DNA of 64,000 nucleotides from an uncultured delta proteobacterium (GCA_963789265.1 CAWBKB010000003.1:864001-928000); one strand, 5' to 3'; shown: positions 21,824-32,833, counted from the stretch's first letter. Notes: a model not told the origin generated them from the letters alone. A program made the numbers and translations.

Positions 21824-24066
21824 GTGCAGGATCGCAGAAGAGATTTTCAAGATCAGGCAGAAGGCCAGTTGGCTCCCAAAACCAAAAGTGTTTTCTTTAT
21901 CATTGCCAGAGTTCTGCGGGTACTTTTTGTCCTGTCCCTCGCATATTTGCTGGTTCTAGTGGGAATAGTAGTGTGGATGTTTGAAGCGAAGTTAAAGAGA
22001 TGGCCCATATTTGTCTACGCGGCCCCTTTCTCGTTGCAGGTTGGGGACGATCTTACCGGATCGCGACTCATGGAACGTCTTGTGAGGCTGGGGTACACAC
22101 GAGGCACCTCTTCCCTCCCCGAGCCGGGTCAGTGGTGCCAGTCCGGATCCACTCTGCACCTCTTTTTGAAATATTCGCCTCTCGTCAGCCAGGGCATTGC
22201 CACTGGTCCGGTTGACATCAGTCTCGACTGGAACCGCGTCCGGTCGATCCGCTTCATGCGATCACATGAAAACGTGAACCGGATTGTTCTCGAACCGGAA
22301 CTGCTAAGTGTATTTGCCGCGCCGCGGTGCGGCCCGGAATTGTGCCGTCCCATTCCGTTAGCCAAAATTCCGTCGCTGTTGGTGGACGCGATTGTTCGCA
22401 CAGAGGATACGCGCTTCTTTTCCCACCGTGGAATAGATCTGCGGTCAATAGGGAGGGCTCTCAAGACTAACCTCAGGGCGGGCCGTTATGTTCAAGGTGG
22501 GAGCACTATACCTCAGCAGCTCATTCGTATGACGGTCCTTACCCCAGAGAAGACTTTGGGTAGAAAAATCAACGAGATCTTGTTGGCACTGGTGGCTGAC
22601 GCAATTTACAGCAAAAAGACCATACTTCAGGCATACTTAAACCGCGTCTATTTTGGGCAATGGGGGCCCTTCCCCATTCAAGGCGTTGCAGAAGCCGCCA
22701 GCCATTTTTTCGGGAAGGATGTCAGCGAACTGACTGCCGCTGAATGCTCTCTGTTGGCGGCTACCATTCGCGCGCCCGGTGTGATCAATCCTCACCGTCA
22801 CCCGCTGAGAACTCAAAGCAGACGAAATATGGTGCTGGGACTTTTGTTCAAGGCCGGAAAAATCTCGCGGGAGCAGTACGACCAGGCTATAAACAGCCCG
22901 GTCAAGGTCGGGAAGCCCGGCGCGCCATCGGTGAGGGCTGCATCATTTCTGGATTTGGTGAAAAATAGCTTGCCGAACCAATTGCCGGGTCCGGCGGGTA
23001 CACGACAAGATGTGGTCACCTCCCTTGACCCGCTGCTTCAAGCTCAGGCGGACTCCACCTTGAAACGTATGGGCGAGGCCGGTGCCTGGGCGCATCTAAT
23101 CCTGGCGAACCCTGTTACAGGCGATTTAAGGGCTTTCATCGCCCCAGCCCCAGGCCGTTGGGATGGAAATGGCGGGAATGTGGAGAGTTTCTTGCCCTTG
23201 ATGATAATCCCCGCCTTAATTCCGGACAAGGAAGACCGCGTCAAATACACGCTTACTTCCCAGATCCTCTCCAACACCCCCACAGGAGGAACAATTACCT
23301 TTCGCGCCGCATTTCGTAATGAAAGAGCCTTCTTAATTCAGCGACTGATTGCCACCGAGGGCGACAAGATTCCGGCTGTGCTCAAGGAATTCGGCGTCAA
23401 TGCAGTGTTCAATCGGGAACACATTTTGACATTGGCTGCGGTTTCACCTATGGAAATGGCAAGAACCTATTCCCTGATGGCGACTCTCGGTAATGCAGCC
23501 CCGTTGAACCCTGGAATCAAGCTTGCAGGGCAAACCTTAACGAATTCCACCGTTGAGAAAAAACGTGTCTCTGTCAAGCCGTCGGTCCTTTTCCTCGTAA
23601 ATTACCTCCTGAAGGGCCTGCACAGCGCGGAAGTTAAAGCTAAAGTGCGCAGCAAAGCCTGGGAGGAGCCCTCCTTCTTCATATCTCGCGATAAAGAAGG
23701 GATATGGAACATGGCATATCGCAGCGATGTGCTTTTCCTGCTACGAATTCCCAGGCATCATCTGGGTCACTTAAACATGAAGGAGGTTGTGAACAAGCTC
23801 CTGCCGAAAACCGGCCCCAGGTACCCGAAGGCCTTCCTGTTGTTCCCGACGGGATCGTGTTCAGGAAGATATGTGTTGAGTCTGGATTACGTGCAACATC
23901 CATCTGCCCTCGCGTCATCCGTGAACCTTTTCTCAAGGGTACTCAGTCGCAAGAATGGTGCCCACTGGTGCATGGATCTAATGCTGTGGGTCCCGAATCA
24001 AGTAAGCAGCCGGGCTTCGCATTACCAGTGCCACATCTGTTTACGAAATTTCGTCACCATTTTTAA
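21824..24066 (+). CDS. PBP1B-like glycosyltransferase with degenerate transpeptidase region; apparent frameshift at ~23815
   Basis: TM anchor, UB2H-like region, EDTRFFSHRGID, QGGSTIPQQL, YLNRVYFG; typical PBP tail (ICVESGLRATSICP..E.F..GT) in the 23704..24066 frame. Confidence 0.8.
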
Positions 24067-24313
24067 CAGATGATCTTGGACTTGAGTTATGTGGGGTACG
24101 GCCTTTGCGCAGCATGCCTATGCCCTGCCAAGTTCACGGACCCGCGGCAGGTTGATTGATTGCCGGCGCTATCCGGCCAGGCCTCCGAAGCACGATGTGG
24201 GTCTTCCGTCAGCATGCGACAGAGATGTGCCCGAAATGGCATGAACGGTTGTGATGAAGTGGCATTCACCTGAAAATGCAAGGATGCAACTATTGCATCA
24301 GAAGGGACCCTCT

Positions 24314-24955
24314 ATGGACGATTTTGTTCAGGCCCATCGCAAGATATGGATGGACACCACCTTGGAATCTCTCAAGAAGCATGGTTTTGGGGCAGGATTT
24401 TTTGCTTCGCGGGAAGCCGTTTGTCAATACATAATGGATATAGCCAAGGACTGCCGGACGGTGGGCATCGGCGGAACCCACACGGTCAGGGCTCTTGGGA
24501 TAGTCCGCTTGCTCGAGAAAGCGGGCAAAACTCTCTACGACCACTGGCAATTGAAGCTCGGGACTCCAGAGGAGTTAGAATGCCGCCGAAATCAAATGAG
24601 AGCCGACCTCTTCCTGTCTTCAGTGAACGCGCTAACTATGACTGGGGAGATCGTCAACCGAGAAGGCGCCGGCAACAGAACAAACTCGATGACATTCGGC
24701 CCGCCAAAGGTTGTATTAGTGGCTGGACGGAACAAGATCGTTCGAGATCTCGACGCTGCCGTCGCAAGGATAGAAGAGACCGCTGCCCCTATACGTGCCA
24801 TGAGTCTCAACAGAAAAACGCCCTGTGTGCACACCGGACACTGCATGGACTGCGATTCTCCGCAAAGAATATGCCGCATAACAAGTATTATCCACCGTCA
24901 GCCCATCTTTACAAAGATCACTGTGTGCATCCTGGATGAGGAGTTGGGGTATTAG
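24314..24955 (+). CDS. LUD-domain (lactate utilisation/DUF1121-like) protein
   Basis: ADLFLSSVNALT.TGEIVNREG.GNR, VAGRNKIV, TPCVHTGHCMDCDSPQRIC, ELGY end. Confidence 0.85.
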   Translation: MDDFVQAHRKIWMDTTLESLKKHGFGAGFFASREAVCQYIMDIAKDCRTVGIGGTHTVRALGIVRLLEKAGKTLYDHWQLKLGTPEELECRRNQMRADLFLSSVNALTMTGEIVNREGAGNRTNSMTFGPPKVVLVAGRNKIVRDLDAAVARIEETAAPIRAMSLNRKTPCVHTGHCMDCDSPQRICRITSIIHRQPIFTKITVCILDEELGY

Positions 24956-24957
24956 GA

Positions 24958-25965
24958 ATGGAGATAAATGTCACTGCCCCCAACCGTATTGATCTCGCCG
25001 GCGGCACCACCGATCTCTACCCGCTGCATCTGCTTATGGACGGAGGGTACACGGTGAACGTGGCAATAACATTGAGCAGCCGCGTTTCTTTCAGAGGAGT
25101 CGACGGGCCGGCTATTCGCATTGTTTCCGGAGACCTCAAAGAATCAGCGGAGGCGAGCACTCCGGACGGTCTTCCTTCGGGCGGACGCCTGGGGCTGATA
25201 GCTAAAGCCGTGAGAGCCGTGCCTCCGCAAACAAGCCTGGAGATCATGACTCTTAATGAGGCTCCGGCGGGATCAGGGCTCGGTGCGTCAAGTGCTCTCC
25301 TGGTGGCTTTACTGAGCGGACTTCTAGAGTTACGATCGGAAAAGCAAGACCCGAAGAATCTTGTTGATCTCGCAGTGAATATAGAGACTAACTCCATAGG
25401 AGTCCCCGCGGGGAAGCAGGACCATATAGCCGCTGTTTACGGCGGAGTCTCTCTTATTGATTTTGGATACCGAGGCTTTTCTCGCCGGACAGTCTCCGAA
25501 GAGAAGGCCGTTGTCGAGAGACTCGAGGAGATGATCCTCCTTTCATATACCGGCGAAGGACGATTCTCCGGAATGAATAACTGGGAGATAGTCAAAGGCT
25601 TCATAGATAACGTGGGCTGTATTAGAGACAAACTGACTCAGATCAGAGACGTGGCTCGCCGGGTTGGCCGGACGCTGCTTTCAGGTGAATGGGAGGAACT
25701 CGGCCCGCTTGTAGATCGCGAGTGGCAACTAAGGCGGATGCTTGCCCCCGGCGTAAGCACCCCCAGGACCGAGTCTATAATGGCCGCCGGATCCGCCGCG
25801 GGCGCACTTGCAAACAAGATTTGTGGAGCCGGGGGCGGCGGGTGCATGTTTACTCTGGTCGCGCCGCGGCACCGGAATACAGTGGAGAAAGCACTTGTCG
25901 ATGCAGGCGCGGAAATCATTTCTTTCAAGATAGACCGGGCAGGGGCGGTGTTGACTTACTCTTGA
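24958..25965 (+). CDS. GHMP-family sugar kinase (heptose-7-phosphate kinase HddA-like)
   Basis: APNRIDLAGGTTD, PAGSGLGASS, GKQD, KICGAGGGGC. Confidence 0.85.
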   Translation: MEINVTAPNRIDLAGGTTDLYPLHLLMDGGYTVNVAITLSSRVSFRGVDGPAIRIVSGDLKESAEASTPDGLPSGGRLGLIAKAVRAVPPQTSLEIMTLNEAPAGSGLGASSALLVALLSGLLELRSEKQDPKNLVDLAVNIETNSIGVPAGKQDHIAAVYGGVSLIDFGYRGFSRRTVSEEKAVVERLEEMILLSYTGEGRFSGMNNWEIVKGFIDNVGCIRDKLTQIRDVARRVGRTLLSGEWEELGPLVDREWQLRRMLAPGVSTPRTESIMAAGSAAGALANKICGAGGGGCMFTLVAPRHRNTVEKALVDAGAEIISFKIDRAGAVLTYS

Positions 25966-26040
25966 ATTAGAGCTTGCGGACAAGCAGGATTCATGTTAGA
26001 GCCGTTTTCAGATCAAATCCAAAAGCTTGGAGGGTGGGTC

Positions 26041-26343
26041 ATGAGGAGTAAAGTATTTCAAAAAGCGGTTATATTTCTCGTTGTCGCGGCCTTTTCACTC
26101 GTGTCGGTGATCGTATTGGCCGCCGAGAAAAAAGAGAAACCTCAGAAGCACCAGAAACAATGGGTGGTAATTAAGGATAAGAAAGGGAAGTGTAGCGTGC
26201 ATACGACCACCAAGGGCAAGACTCCCAAAACCATTGCAGGTCCGTTCGCGACAAAGGAGCAGGCTGAGGCGGAAAAGGCGAAGTTGTGCCCCAAGACCGA
26301 AAAGCGTACTAAAAAAGGAGCGCCTGCGGCCCAGAAGAAGTAG
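26041..26343 (+). CDS. Small secreted Lys-rich hypothetical protein
   Basis: Signal peptide, WVVIKDKKGKCSV...GPFATKEQAE...CP; GGAGG upstream. Confidence 0.65.
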   Translation: MRSKVFQKAVIFLVVAAFSLVSVIVLAAEKKEKPQKHQKQWVVIKDKKGKCSVHTTTKGKTPKTIAGPFATKEQAEAEKAKLCPKTEKRTKKGAPAAQKK

Positions 26344-26393
26344 AGTCCGCCCAGCTTACGTACTCCTTTTCGCAAATACGGTCTCGTATTCTG

Positions 26394-26533
26394 GTACTGT
26401 AGCCGCCATTTCCGCGTACGCGGTCTCGCGTTTCGCGGGACAGTAGGACCGGCATCTTGCCGGTTGTCAGTCAGACCGACCCCCCCGCGGGACGCAAGGT
26501 TGTTCACGAAACGGGACGCCTCAGCTACCGTAC
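26394..26533. repeat. MITE/REP-like element
   Basis: Ends GTACTGTAGC / GCTACCGTAC (inverted, 1 mismatch); internal ACCGGCATCTTGCCGGT hairpin also found near 44410. Confidence 0.45.
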
Positions 26534-26664
26534 AATTGGCACCGCATTTGTGAAACGCTGTACTTAGGCTTCCAATGAAAATTGCGGGGACGAGACCCTG
26601 GAACTTGTCTCGTTCCCCCTGGCCTTGCCCGACGAAATCCTTCCACAGCCTTACTTCAGAGTGG

Positions 26665-28809
26665 TTAAATGTAACCTAGTTCCATCAATCGCTCTTTGAC
26701 CATCTCTTCTTCTTCCGGACTGTATCCCACAGTCGTCTCCCCGGGATTTCGAATCGGTTCTCCCATTTTACACGAAGTCGAAGACGCCGAATGGCCGGCC
26801 TTCCCTGCTTCTTCATACTTCCCCAATTGGATGATGCTGCCTCGCAGGTCGGTGGGAATCGGAAAATCAAACTCGCCTAATATAGTTGGCGTGATGTCAA
26901 GACACGAAGCTTCTTCAATGCGCATTCCTTTTCTTGTCCCGCTGCGGAGGTCGGACATACGTGCACCGATGAAGATGCCTTCGGGGTCGTGATTTGCATC
27001 GTCCAGTCCTGCAGAACCTTTGGCACGCAGTATCTCGCCGTGTCCCACCGTACCTATTGAACGTCTGCTCAGGCCATCAAAATAGACCATAAGGTCGGGC
27101 GGCACGTTGCGGCAAGCCTGATAAATCTCGTCTGGTTTAAGCACGCAGTTTGCCAGTGAATCCCCATTTTCACCAGCCATTCGCTGCAAACGGTCCGTCA
27201 ACTCCCCGCGCAGAGCCTCGTACTCTGATGGTTCCACTATTCCCTCGGGTTCTCGGCCTCTGACGTTAAAGAAGATTCTGGCATAGTGTCCGCCTTCGCT
27301 CCAGGCCCTTGTGCGAGACCAGTCGATCATATCCGGCACCAGCGGGACTTCCGAGCCGGGTGGGGTGCGTAGAAAAAGGTACCCGTTCTGTATCAACCAT
27401 TCGTTTATGCACACTCCGCCGACAGAGGTTCGCGCTCCGTGATCCGAGACAACCATTACTGTGGTATCGTCGTCCAGCAACGCCAACAGTGAACCTATGC
27501 GAGAGTCGAGAAACTTGTAGAAATCCTTGATTACGTCTCCATAAAGGCATGCGGTATCGTGACCTGAATGATTCGTGTCGAGGTATCCCCAGAAACCGTG
27601 GTGCAGTCGGTCCGGCGCGATTTCGACCATCATGAAGAAGCCCCAAGAGCTGCGGGTCAACAATTCAGCAGCAACGCGAAATCGGCCATCCACCATGCTA
27701 TAGATCTCTGATAAGAGACGCTCTTTGTCTTGGTGCCTAAAATTCTTTACATCCGACAAATACTCTCCGCCGGCGATGCCGGGGAGTTCCGCGGCCAATT
27801 CAGCCGGATAAGTGAACTCAGGACACTCACCCGGCACAGGAAAGCCGGAGACCGTGATGCCCCTGTGAGGTCGGGGCGGATAAGTTTGGGGTATCCCCAG
27901 AAGAATCGATGACTTGCCTATGTTCTCAAGGTAGTCCCAGACTCTGGGCTCCCCGACGTGGCTGGCGTCGGCGATGGCCATTTCCCGGTAGTCATTCCTC
28001 TGTCGATTCCTGAAGCCGTACACGCCCAGTTCTCCTGGGTCTTTACCCGTTGTCATAGTGGTCCACGCCGGAATTGTGATGGGGGGATCCGTGGATCGGA
28101 GGGCCCCCCAGACTCCATGTTCCATCAAGGCGCGCAATGTAGGGAGATCACGGCCCCATTCCTCGAAAACTAGAGAGGCCGGAACGCAGTCCAGTCCGAT
28201 CACCGCAACTTTGCGATGAGATTCGCGTAACAACGCGCCCCGACTCCTGGGACGATGCGTCGACAGACGCGGAAAGCGAGCCTCCAGGAAATGAAGAATC
28301 AAGCTCAAAGATTCTTCAACATCCTTTTCTCCTGTCGAAACGACGAGGTCCGACGCAGAGGGCCGCTCAAAGGCAGATGAAATGCCTGTGAACTCGGCAA
28401 TTTCGCCCTTCCGCGCGCGGGAATAGAGACCTTTCGGGTCTCGAGTTTCACAGATTGCCAGCGGACAGTCCAGAAAGATTTCGACGAATGTCTCCGCTCC
28501 AAACACCCCCCTAACGGCTCGCCGCAGACTTTCCAGAGGAGTAATAAATGCTGCCACCACTATATGACCGGCATCACATAAGATCTTAGCCACCTCTGCG
28601 GCCCTGCGAATATTTTCGGTTCGATCCAAGGCAGAGAATCCGAGATCTCTATTCAGACCTCCGCGCAGCGTGTCTCCATCCAGGAGCACCACAGAGCCGC
28701 CCCTGGATTCGAGTGCCATTTTCAGCGCGGAAGAAAGAGTGGATTTTCCTGAACCCGATAGACCCGTAAGCCAAATGGTCTTTCCATTGCGAGCATCCAT
28801 AAGTACCAC
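26665..28809 (-). CDS. Adenylyl-sulfate kinase (CysC) fused to an AlkP-superfamily phosphodiesterase/nucleotide pyrophosphatase domain
   Basis: WLTGLSGSGKST, LDGD.LR.GLNRDLGFS..DR.ENIRR, RDPKGLY; then IGLDC, PPITIPAWTTMTTG, VSDHG, RL.ELGYI in one continuous ORF. Confidence 0.88.
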   Translation of the reverse strand: MVLMDARNGKTIWLTGLSGSGKSTLSSALKMALESRGGSVVLLDGDTLRGGLNRDLGFSALDRTENIRRAAEVAKILCDAGHIVVAAFITPLESLRRAVRGVFGAETFVEIFLDCPLAICETRDPKGLYSRARKGEIAEFTGISSAFERPSASDLVVSTGEKDVEESLSLILHFLEARFPRLSTHRPRSRGALLRESHRKVAVIGLDCVPASLVFEEWGRDLPTLRALMEHGVWGALRSTDPPITIPAWTTMTTGKDPGELGVYGFRNRQRNDYREMAIADASHVGEPRVWDYLENIGKSSILLGIPQTYPPRPHRGITVSGFPVPGECPEFTYPAELAAELPGIAGGEYLSDVKNFRHQDKERLLSEIYSMVDGRFRVAAELLTRSSWGFFMMVEIAPDRLHHGFWGYLDTNHSGHDTACLYGDVIKDFYKFLDSRIGSLLALLDDDTTVMVVSDHGARTSVGGVCINEWLIQNGYLFLRTPPGSEVPLVPDMIDWSRTRAWSEGGHYARIFFNVRGREPEGIVEPSEYEALRGELTDRLQRMAGENGDSLANCVLKPDEIYQACRNVPPDLMVYFDGLSRRSIGTVGHGEILRAKGSAGLDDANHDPEGIFIGARMSDLRSGTRKGMRIEEASCLDITPTILGEFDFPIPTDLRGSIIQLGKYEEAGKAGHSASSTSCKMGEPIRNPGETTVGYSPEEEEMVKERLMELGYI

Positions 28810-28927
28810 CTACGTATTATTGTAGCGAATCGTTTTGGAGTATAACACAGCTATCGCGTCCAATCACCGGGGCCGTTAGCCGATGCGCGCTTTATTTGGG
28901 CAGTCCCGAACGTTTGCTTACGGGGAA

Positions 28928-29081
28928 TTGCGGGATCAACCATTCAGTCTTATGGGGCAGTCCCGCGAGGCGCGGGACTGCCTGCCGGGGAAACCCCGGT
29001 TCAATGGCGGGCTGGAAAGCCCACCCCACGAAGCCATCCGCAAATTCCGGCTGCAACTGAGTGCATACTTGCGGGATCAAC
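28928..29081. mobile_element. Miniature non-autonomous element with 13-bp flanking direct repeats
   Basis: TTGCGGGATCAAC at 28928-28940 and 29069-29081 around 128 bp of hairpins; near-inverted ends CATTCAGT/ACTGAGTG. Confidence 0.6.
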
Positions 29082-29331
29082 AATTTTTTGACGCCGGAAC
29101 CCGTGCCGGCTCCAATCGAAGTCTTAACATCACGTGCGCGCTACTCGCTTCAGGGACATGTATGCTAAAATCTTCTTGAAAAGGTGCATGGACTGATGAA
29201 CAAAAGACCGCTCAGCCACAAAAAGGTAGTGTTCCCTCAAGTACCCTTCAGAAGAGTCCCTGAGCGTTCTCATCGTAGGCGGCGAGGAAGCCCTGGAAGG
29301 CGCCCCGCAGATTCTGGATTCACTGGCGATT

Positions 29332-30768
29332 ATGGGATTCACTCTGAGGCTTGTCGGAGTAGTCTATTGGAGCAGGAAGAAGCTTCCCAAGGAATTTGAA
29401 CCCGGTCCGGGCATCCGCGTGTTTCATGATTATGCGAAACCCATCGCTGAAGCGACCCCGAACCTCTTGATCATAACCTCGGACGATCATCGCCTGCGCA
29501 AGCAACTCACGAAGATCATTCCGCCTCGGACCCGAATCCTCGACTCCTTTGCCTTAAACGCGTTCCGTGCTCTGAAAAATGTCTCGGGCCAATTGGGGAA
29601 GACCCAAAATAAGCTGCAAAGCGTGGAATTGATCAAAGAGGTCCTCATGGCCGGTTCCGAGATCAGCATCAAGGTGATCGACGAGGACTTCAAGGTACTT
29701 GAAATCACTAACGATATTCTGGCCAGGGCCAAGATGCCCAAGCAAGACTGCATCGGCAAGTCATGCCATTGGGTCATAAATCGGTACCTGGAACCCTGTC
29801 ATGAAAAGGGGAGCAAATGCCCCGTAGTGGATGTCCTGCGAACCGGACATTCGGCCCATCACGTCCGAGAAGAAATAAGAGCCGACGGAACAGTCGGATA
29901 TTTCACAGTCAGCGCGTATCCTCTGAAAGAGGACGAACGCGGCAAAAAATGCGTCCTTGTGGTTTGGAAAGACGTCACCCGCGTAATGACGCCTGTGCTG
30001 GATCGTCAGGCCGAGAGCATCCGAAAGAATTTCTTACACTTTCTCCAGCAGGACAAGATGGTGGCCTTGGGAAAGCTGGCCGCCGCCGCGGTCCACGAAA
30101 TCAACAACCCTATTCAGGGAATTCTCACCTTTTCCAAACTCATGAGAAGCTCTCTGAATCGGGATAATCTGTCGCCGGAAGAGCTGACAAAATTCCGCCG
30201 CTATCTGGAGCTTATTGCATCCGAATCTTCGCGATGCGGACAGCTTCTCCGAAACCTTCTTTCTTTCGCTCGTCAGGGGGAACTGGAAAAAGACTTCTTT
30301 GACATTGGTGCTCTGTTAGAAGAGATTTTTCTGCTCACGGGCAACCGCATGGAACTTCAGAGCATAACTCTCAAGCGTGAAATAGCCGAACACCTTCCCC
30401 CCATGTACGGAGACCGGGACCACGTCAAGCAGGCTGTGCTGAATCTCGTTCTTAACGCCATCGAGGCTATGCCGAACGGAGGAACCATCTGCACTACGGT
30501 AAAATTGGGTCCTGATAAGGAACACATTAGTATAAGTGTGAGCGATACGGGGGGCGGAATACCCCAAAAGGTCCAGAGAAGCGTTTTCGAACCGTTCGTT
30601 ACAACCAAAGAAGACGGAAAAGGCGTGGGCCTCGGGTTGAGCGTCGTCTACGGCATCGTGGCGCAGCATGACGGCGCCATTGCGGTGGAAAGTCAAGAGG
30701 GTAAGGGAACCAGCTTCGTCCTTACTTTCCCTATCGTCAGGGAGATCTCCAAGCCCAAGGTCTCTTGA
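29332..30768 (+). CDS. PAS-domain sensor histidine kinase (true start probably further upstream)
   Basis: Cys-rich PAS (CIGKSCHW...PC.....CPV), AVHEINNP H-box, DTGGGIP, FVTTKEDGKGVGLGL; frame open upstream to 29230. Confidence 0.88.
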   Translation: MGFTLRLVGVVYWSRKKLPKEFEPGPGIRVFHDYAKPIAEATPNLLIITSDDHRLRKQLTKIIPPRTRILDSFALNAFRALKNVSGQLGKTQNKLQSVELIKEVLMAGSEISIKVIDEDFKVLEITNDILARAKMPKQDCIGKSCHWVINRYLEPCHEKGSKCPVVDVLRTGHSAHHVREEIRADGTVGYFTVSAYPLKEDERGKKCVLVVWKDVTRVMTPVLDRQAESIRKNFLHFLQQDKMVALGKLAAAAVHEINNPIQGILTFSKLMRSSLNRDNLSPEELTKFRRYLELIASESSRCGQLLRNLLSFARQGELEKDFFDIGALLEEIFLLTGNRMELQSITLKREIAEHLPPMYGDRDHVKQAVLNLVLNAIEAMPNGGTICTTVKLGPDKEHISISVSDTGGGIPQKVQRSVFEPFVTTKEDGKGVGLGLSVVYGIVAQHDGAIAVESQEGKGTSFVLTFPIVREISKPKVS

Positions 30769-30801
30769 GGCTTTCTTCACTGAGGAGGCATTGATCCGCT
30801 C

Positions 30802-32163
30802 ATGAGCCGCAAAAACAGATTCATGGTGGTGGATGACGAACTGATCGTAAGGGAATCTCTGGCTGCTTGGCTGGAAAAGGAAGGGGCAATCGTTGACCGC
30901 GCCGAATCGGGAGAGCAAGCGCTGGATCTAATGGAAGGCAATCTCTACGACATTCTGTTTGTGGATATAAAGATGCCCGGCATGGGCGGTTTCGGCCTTC
31001 TGGAGAAGGTGAAGAAATTCTTTCCCACGACGGTTGTTGTTATCATCACAGCTTATGGAACCGTAGAACATGCGGTTGAAGCTATGAAACTCGGGGCCAA
31101 CGATTTCCTAGTCAAACCGTTCGACCCGGAGGGGCTCGGCCTGCTCGTGACCAAACTTCTCGAACACAAAAGGCTACTCGAAGAGACGCAGTACCTCCGC
31201 GGTGAAGTCTCCCGCTGTTGGGCAGGGCCGGACGAAATCATAGGCCGATCTGCATCTATGATCCAATTGTTCGACACTATCCTGGAGATTGCAAATAGCG
31301 AATCCTCAGTACTGATCCTGGGTGAAACCGGTACGGGAAAGGAACTCATCTCCAGGGCAATCCATGCCAATAGCAAGAGAATGGGGGGGCCGTTCGTTCC
31401 CATCAACTGCGGGGCAATCCCGGAATCCCTCATGGAAAGCGAAATCTTTGGCCATGAAAAAGGGTCCTTTACCGGAGCTATCCGGCCCAAGAAAGGTTTG
31501 ATCGAAGTAGCCGAGGGCGGGACTCTCTTCCTGGACGAGGTGGGCGAAATATCCCCCAAAATGCAGGTGGACCTGCTTCGAGTTCTGCAAGATCGGTCTT
31601 TCCGCCGCGTGGGAGGCGTGGAAGCTATTAAAGCTGATTTCAGGCTCATAAGTGCTACGCATCGGGATCTTGCTCAACAGGTCGCACAGGGCTCGTTCAG
31701 GCAAGATTTCTTTTACCGTATCAACGTCATAACACTTCGGGTCCCACCTTTAAGGGAGCGAAAAGAGGACATCTCACTTCTCGCGACGTTCTTCCTTAAG
31801 CGCTTTGCTCGGGAGACCAACCGTGAGGTGGATTCTATAGGCGATGATTCCATGAAAATATTTTTGGACTACGACTGGCCGGGAAATATTCGCGAGCTGG
31901 AAAACGTTGTAGAACGCGCGGTCGTAACTTCTAAGAAAAGGGTTCTTACTGAAGAAAGTTTTGCCTACCTCAATCCCGAAAGCGCAAGCGCTGCACCCGC
32001 TTTCACTCCCCGGTCGCTTGAGGAGGCGGAGATCGCTCATATCCGACAGATTCTCGAGGAAGAGGACTGGAACATCAGCCACGCTGCGAAGGTTCTGCAA
32101 GTGGATCGGACTACCCTGCACAAGAAGATCCGCAAATATGGCCTCGAACGCTCACAGATCTAG
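30802..32163 (+). CDS. Sigma54-dependent response regulator (NtrC/AtoC family)
   Basis: Receiver, GETGTGKE, GSFTGA, LFLDEVGE, WPGNIRELEN, Fis-type HTH. Confidence 0.93.
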   Translation: MSRKNRFMVVDDELIVRESLAAWLEKEGAIVDRAESGEQALDLMEGNLYDILFVDIKMPGMGGFGLLEKVKKFFPTTVVVIITAYGTVEHAVEAMKLGANDFLVKPFDPEGLGLLVTKLLEHKRLLEETQYLRGEVSRCWAGPDEIIGRSASMIQLFDTILEIANSESSVLILGETGTGKELISRAIHANSKRMGGPFVPINCGAIPESLMESEIFGHEKGSFTGAIRPKKGLIEVAEGGTLFLDEVGEISPKMQVDLLRVLQDRSFRRVGGVEAIKADFRLISATHRDLAQQVAQGSFRQDFFYRINVITLRVPPLRERKEDISLLATFFLKRFARETNREVDSIGDDSMKIFLDYDWPGNIRELENVVERAVVTSKKRVLTEESFAYLNPESASAAPAFTPRSLEEAEIAHIRQILEEEDWNISHAAKVLQVDRTTLHKKIRKYGLERSQI

Positions 32164-32214
32164 ACTGACCGACGCCCGTTTCTGTTAAATTTCATCAGCC
32201 TGCAGGCAGAAGAA

Positions 32215-32803
32215 GTGCCTCCATCTACATCGGCCCTAAAAGGACTTATCGCAGTCGTGCCCCTTGGAAAAGTGGGCGAGGACGTGCTGCGGGTCGTTGC
32301 GGATAGCCTTCAGGGTATATTAAGGCTGCCCATAGATATCTGGGATGCCGTGCCCATACCTGAAGATGCGTTCATGAGATCCCGCAACCAATACAACGCC
32401 ATGACCATCATCAGGTATCTTGCAGAAAATCATTCCGGAGATAATCTCAAAGTTCTCGGCATTATGGACAAAGATATTTGCAACCCCATCATTACTTATG
32501 TCTTTGGTGAAGCGTACATGGGGGGACGGGCAGCCGTCGTGTCAAGCGCACGTCTCAGCGCGACCCTGGCGGGCGAACCGGTCTCCAGGGAGCATTTCTT
32601 GGACAGGATCGTGAAGGTTGCGCTGCATGAAATCGGTCACACCTTCAACATCCCTCACTGCCACACGGGCCGATGCGTCATGCCGCGCGTCCAACAACTT
32701 GGCCGAACTGGACGACAAGCTGAATTATCTCTGCAATTATTGTGAGCTTTTCCTTGCAGATGCTCTGAAGCATGTTTTGCAAGATGAGAAGCAAAAAACT
32801 TGA
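32215..32803 (+). CDS. Archaemetzincin-like zinc metallopeptidase (M54); apparent frameshift at ~32683
   Basis: RNQY.A, YVFGEA, HEIGHTFNIPHC...CVM, then LDDK...LC..C in the 32618..32803 frame. Confidence 0.85.
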
Positions 32804-32833
32804 AAGACATTGATCTTGCGAATCCCCGCGGCG

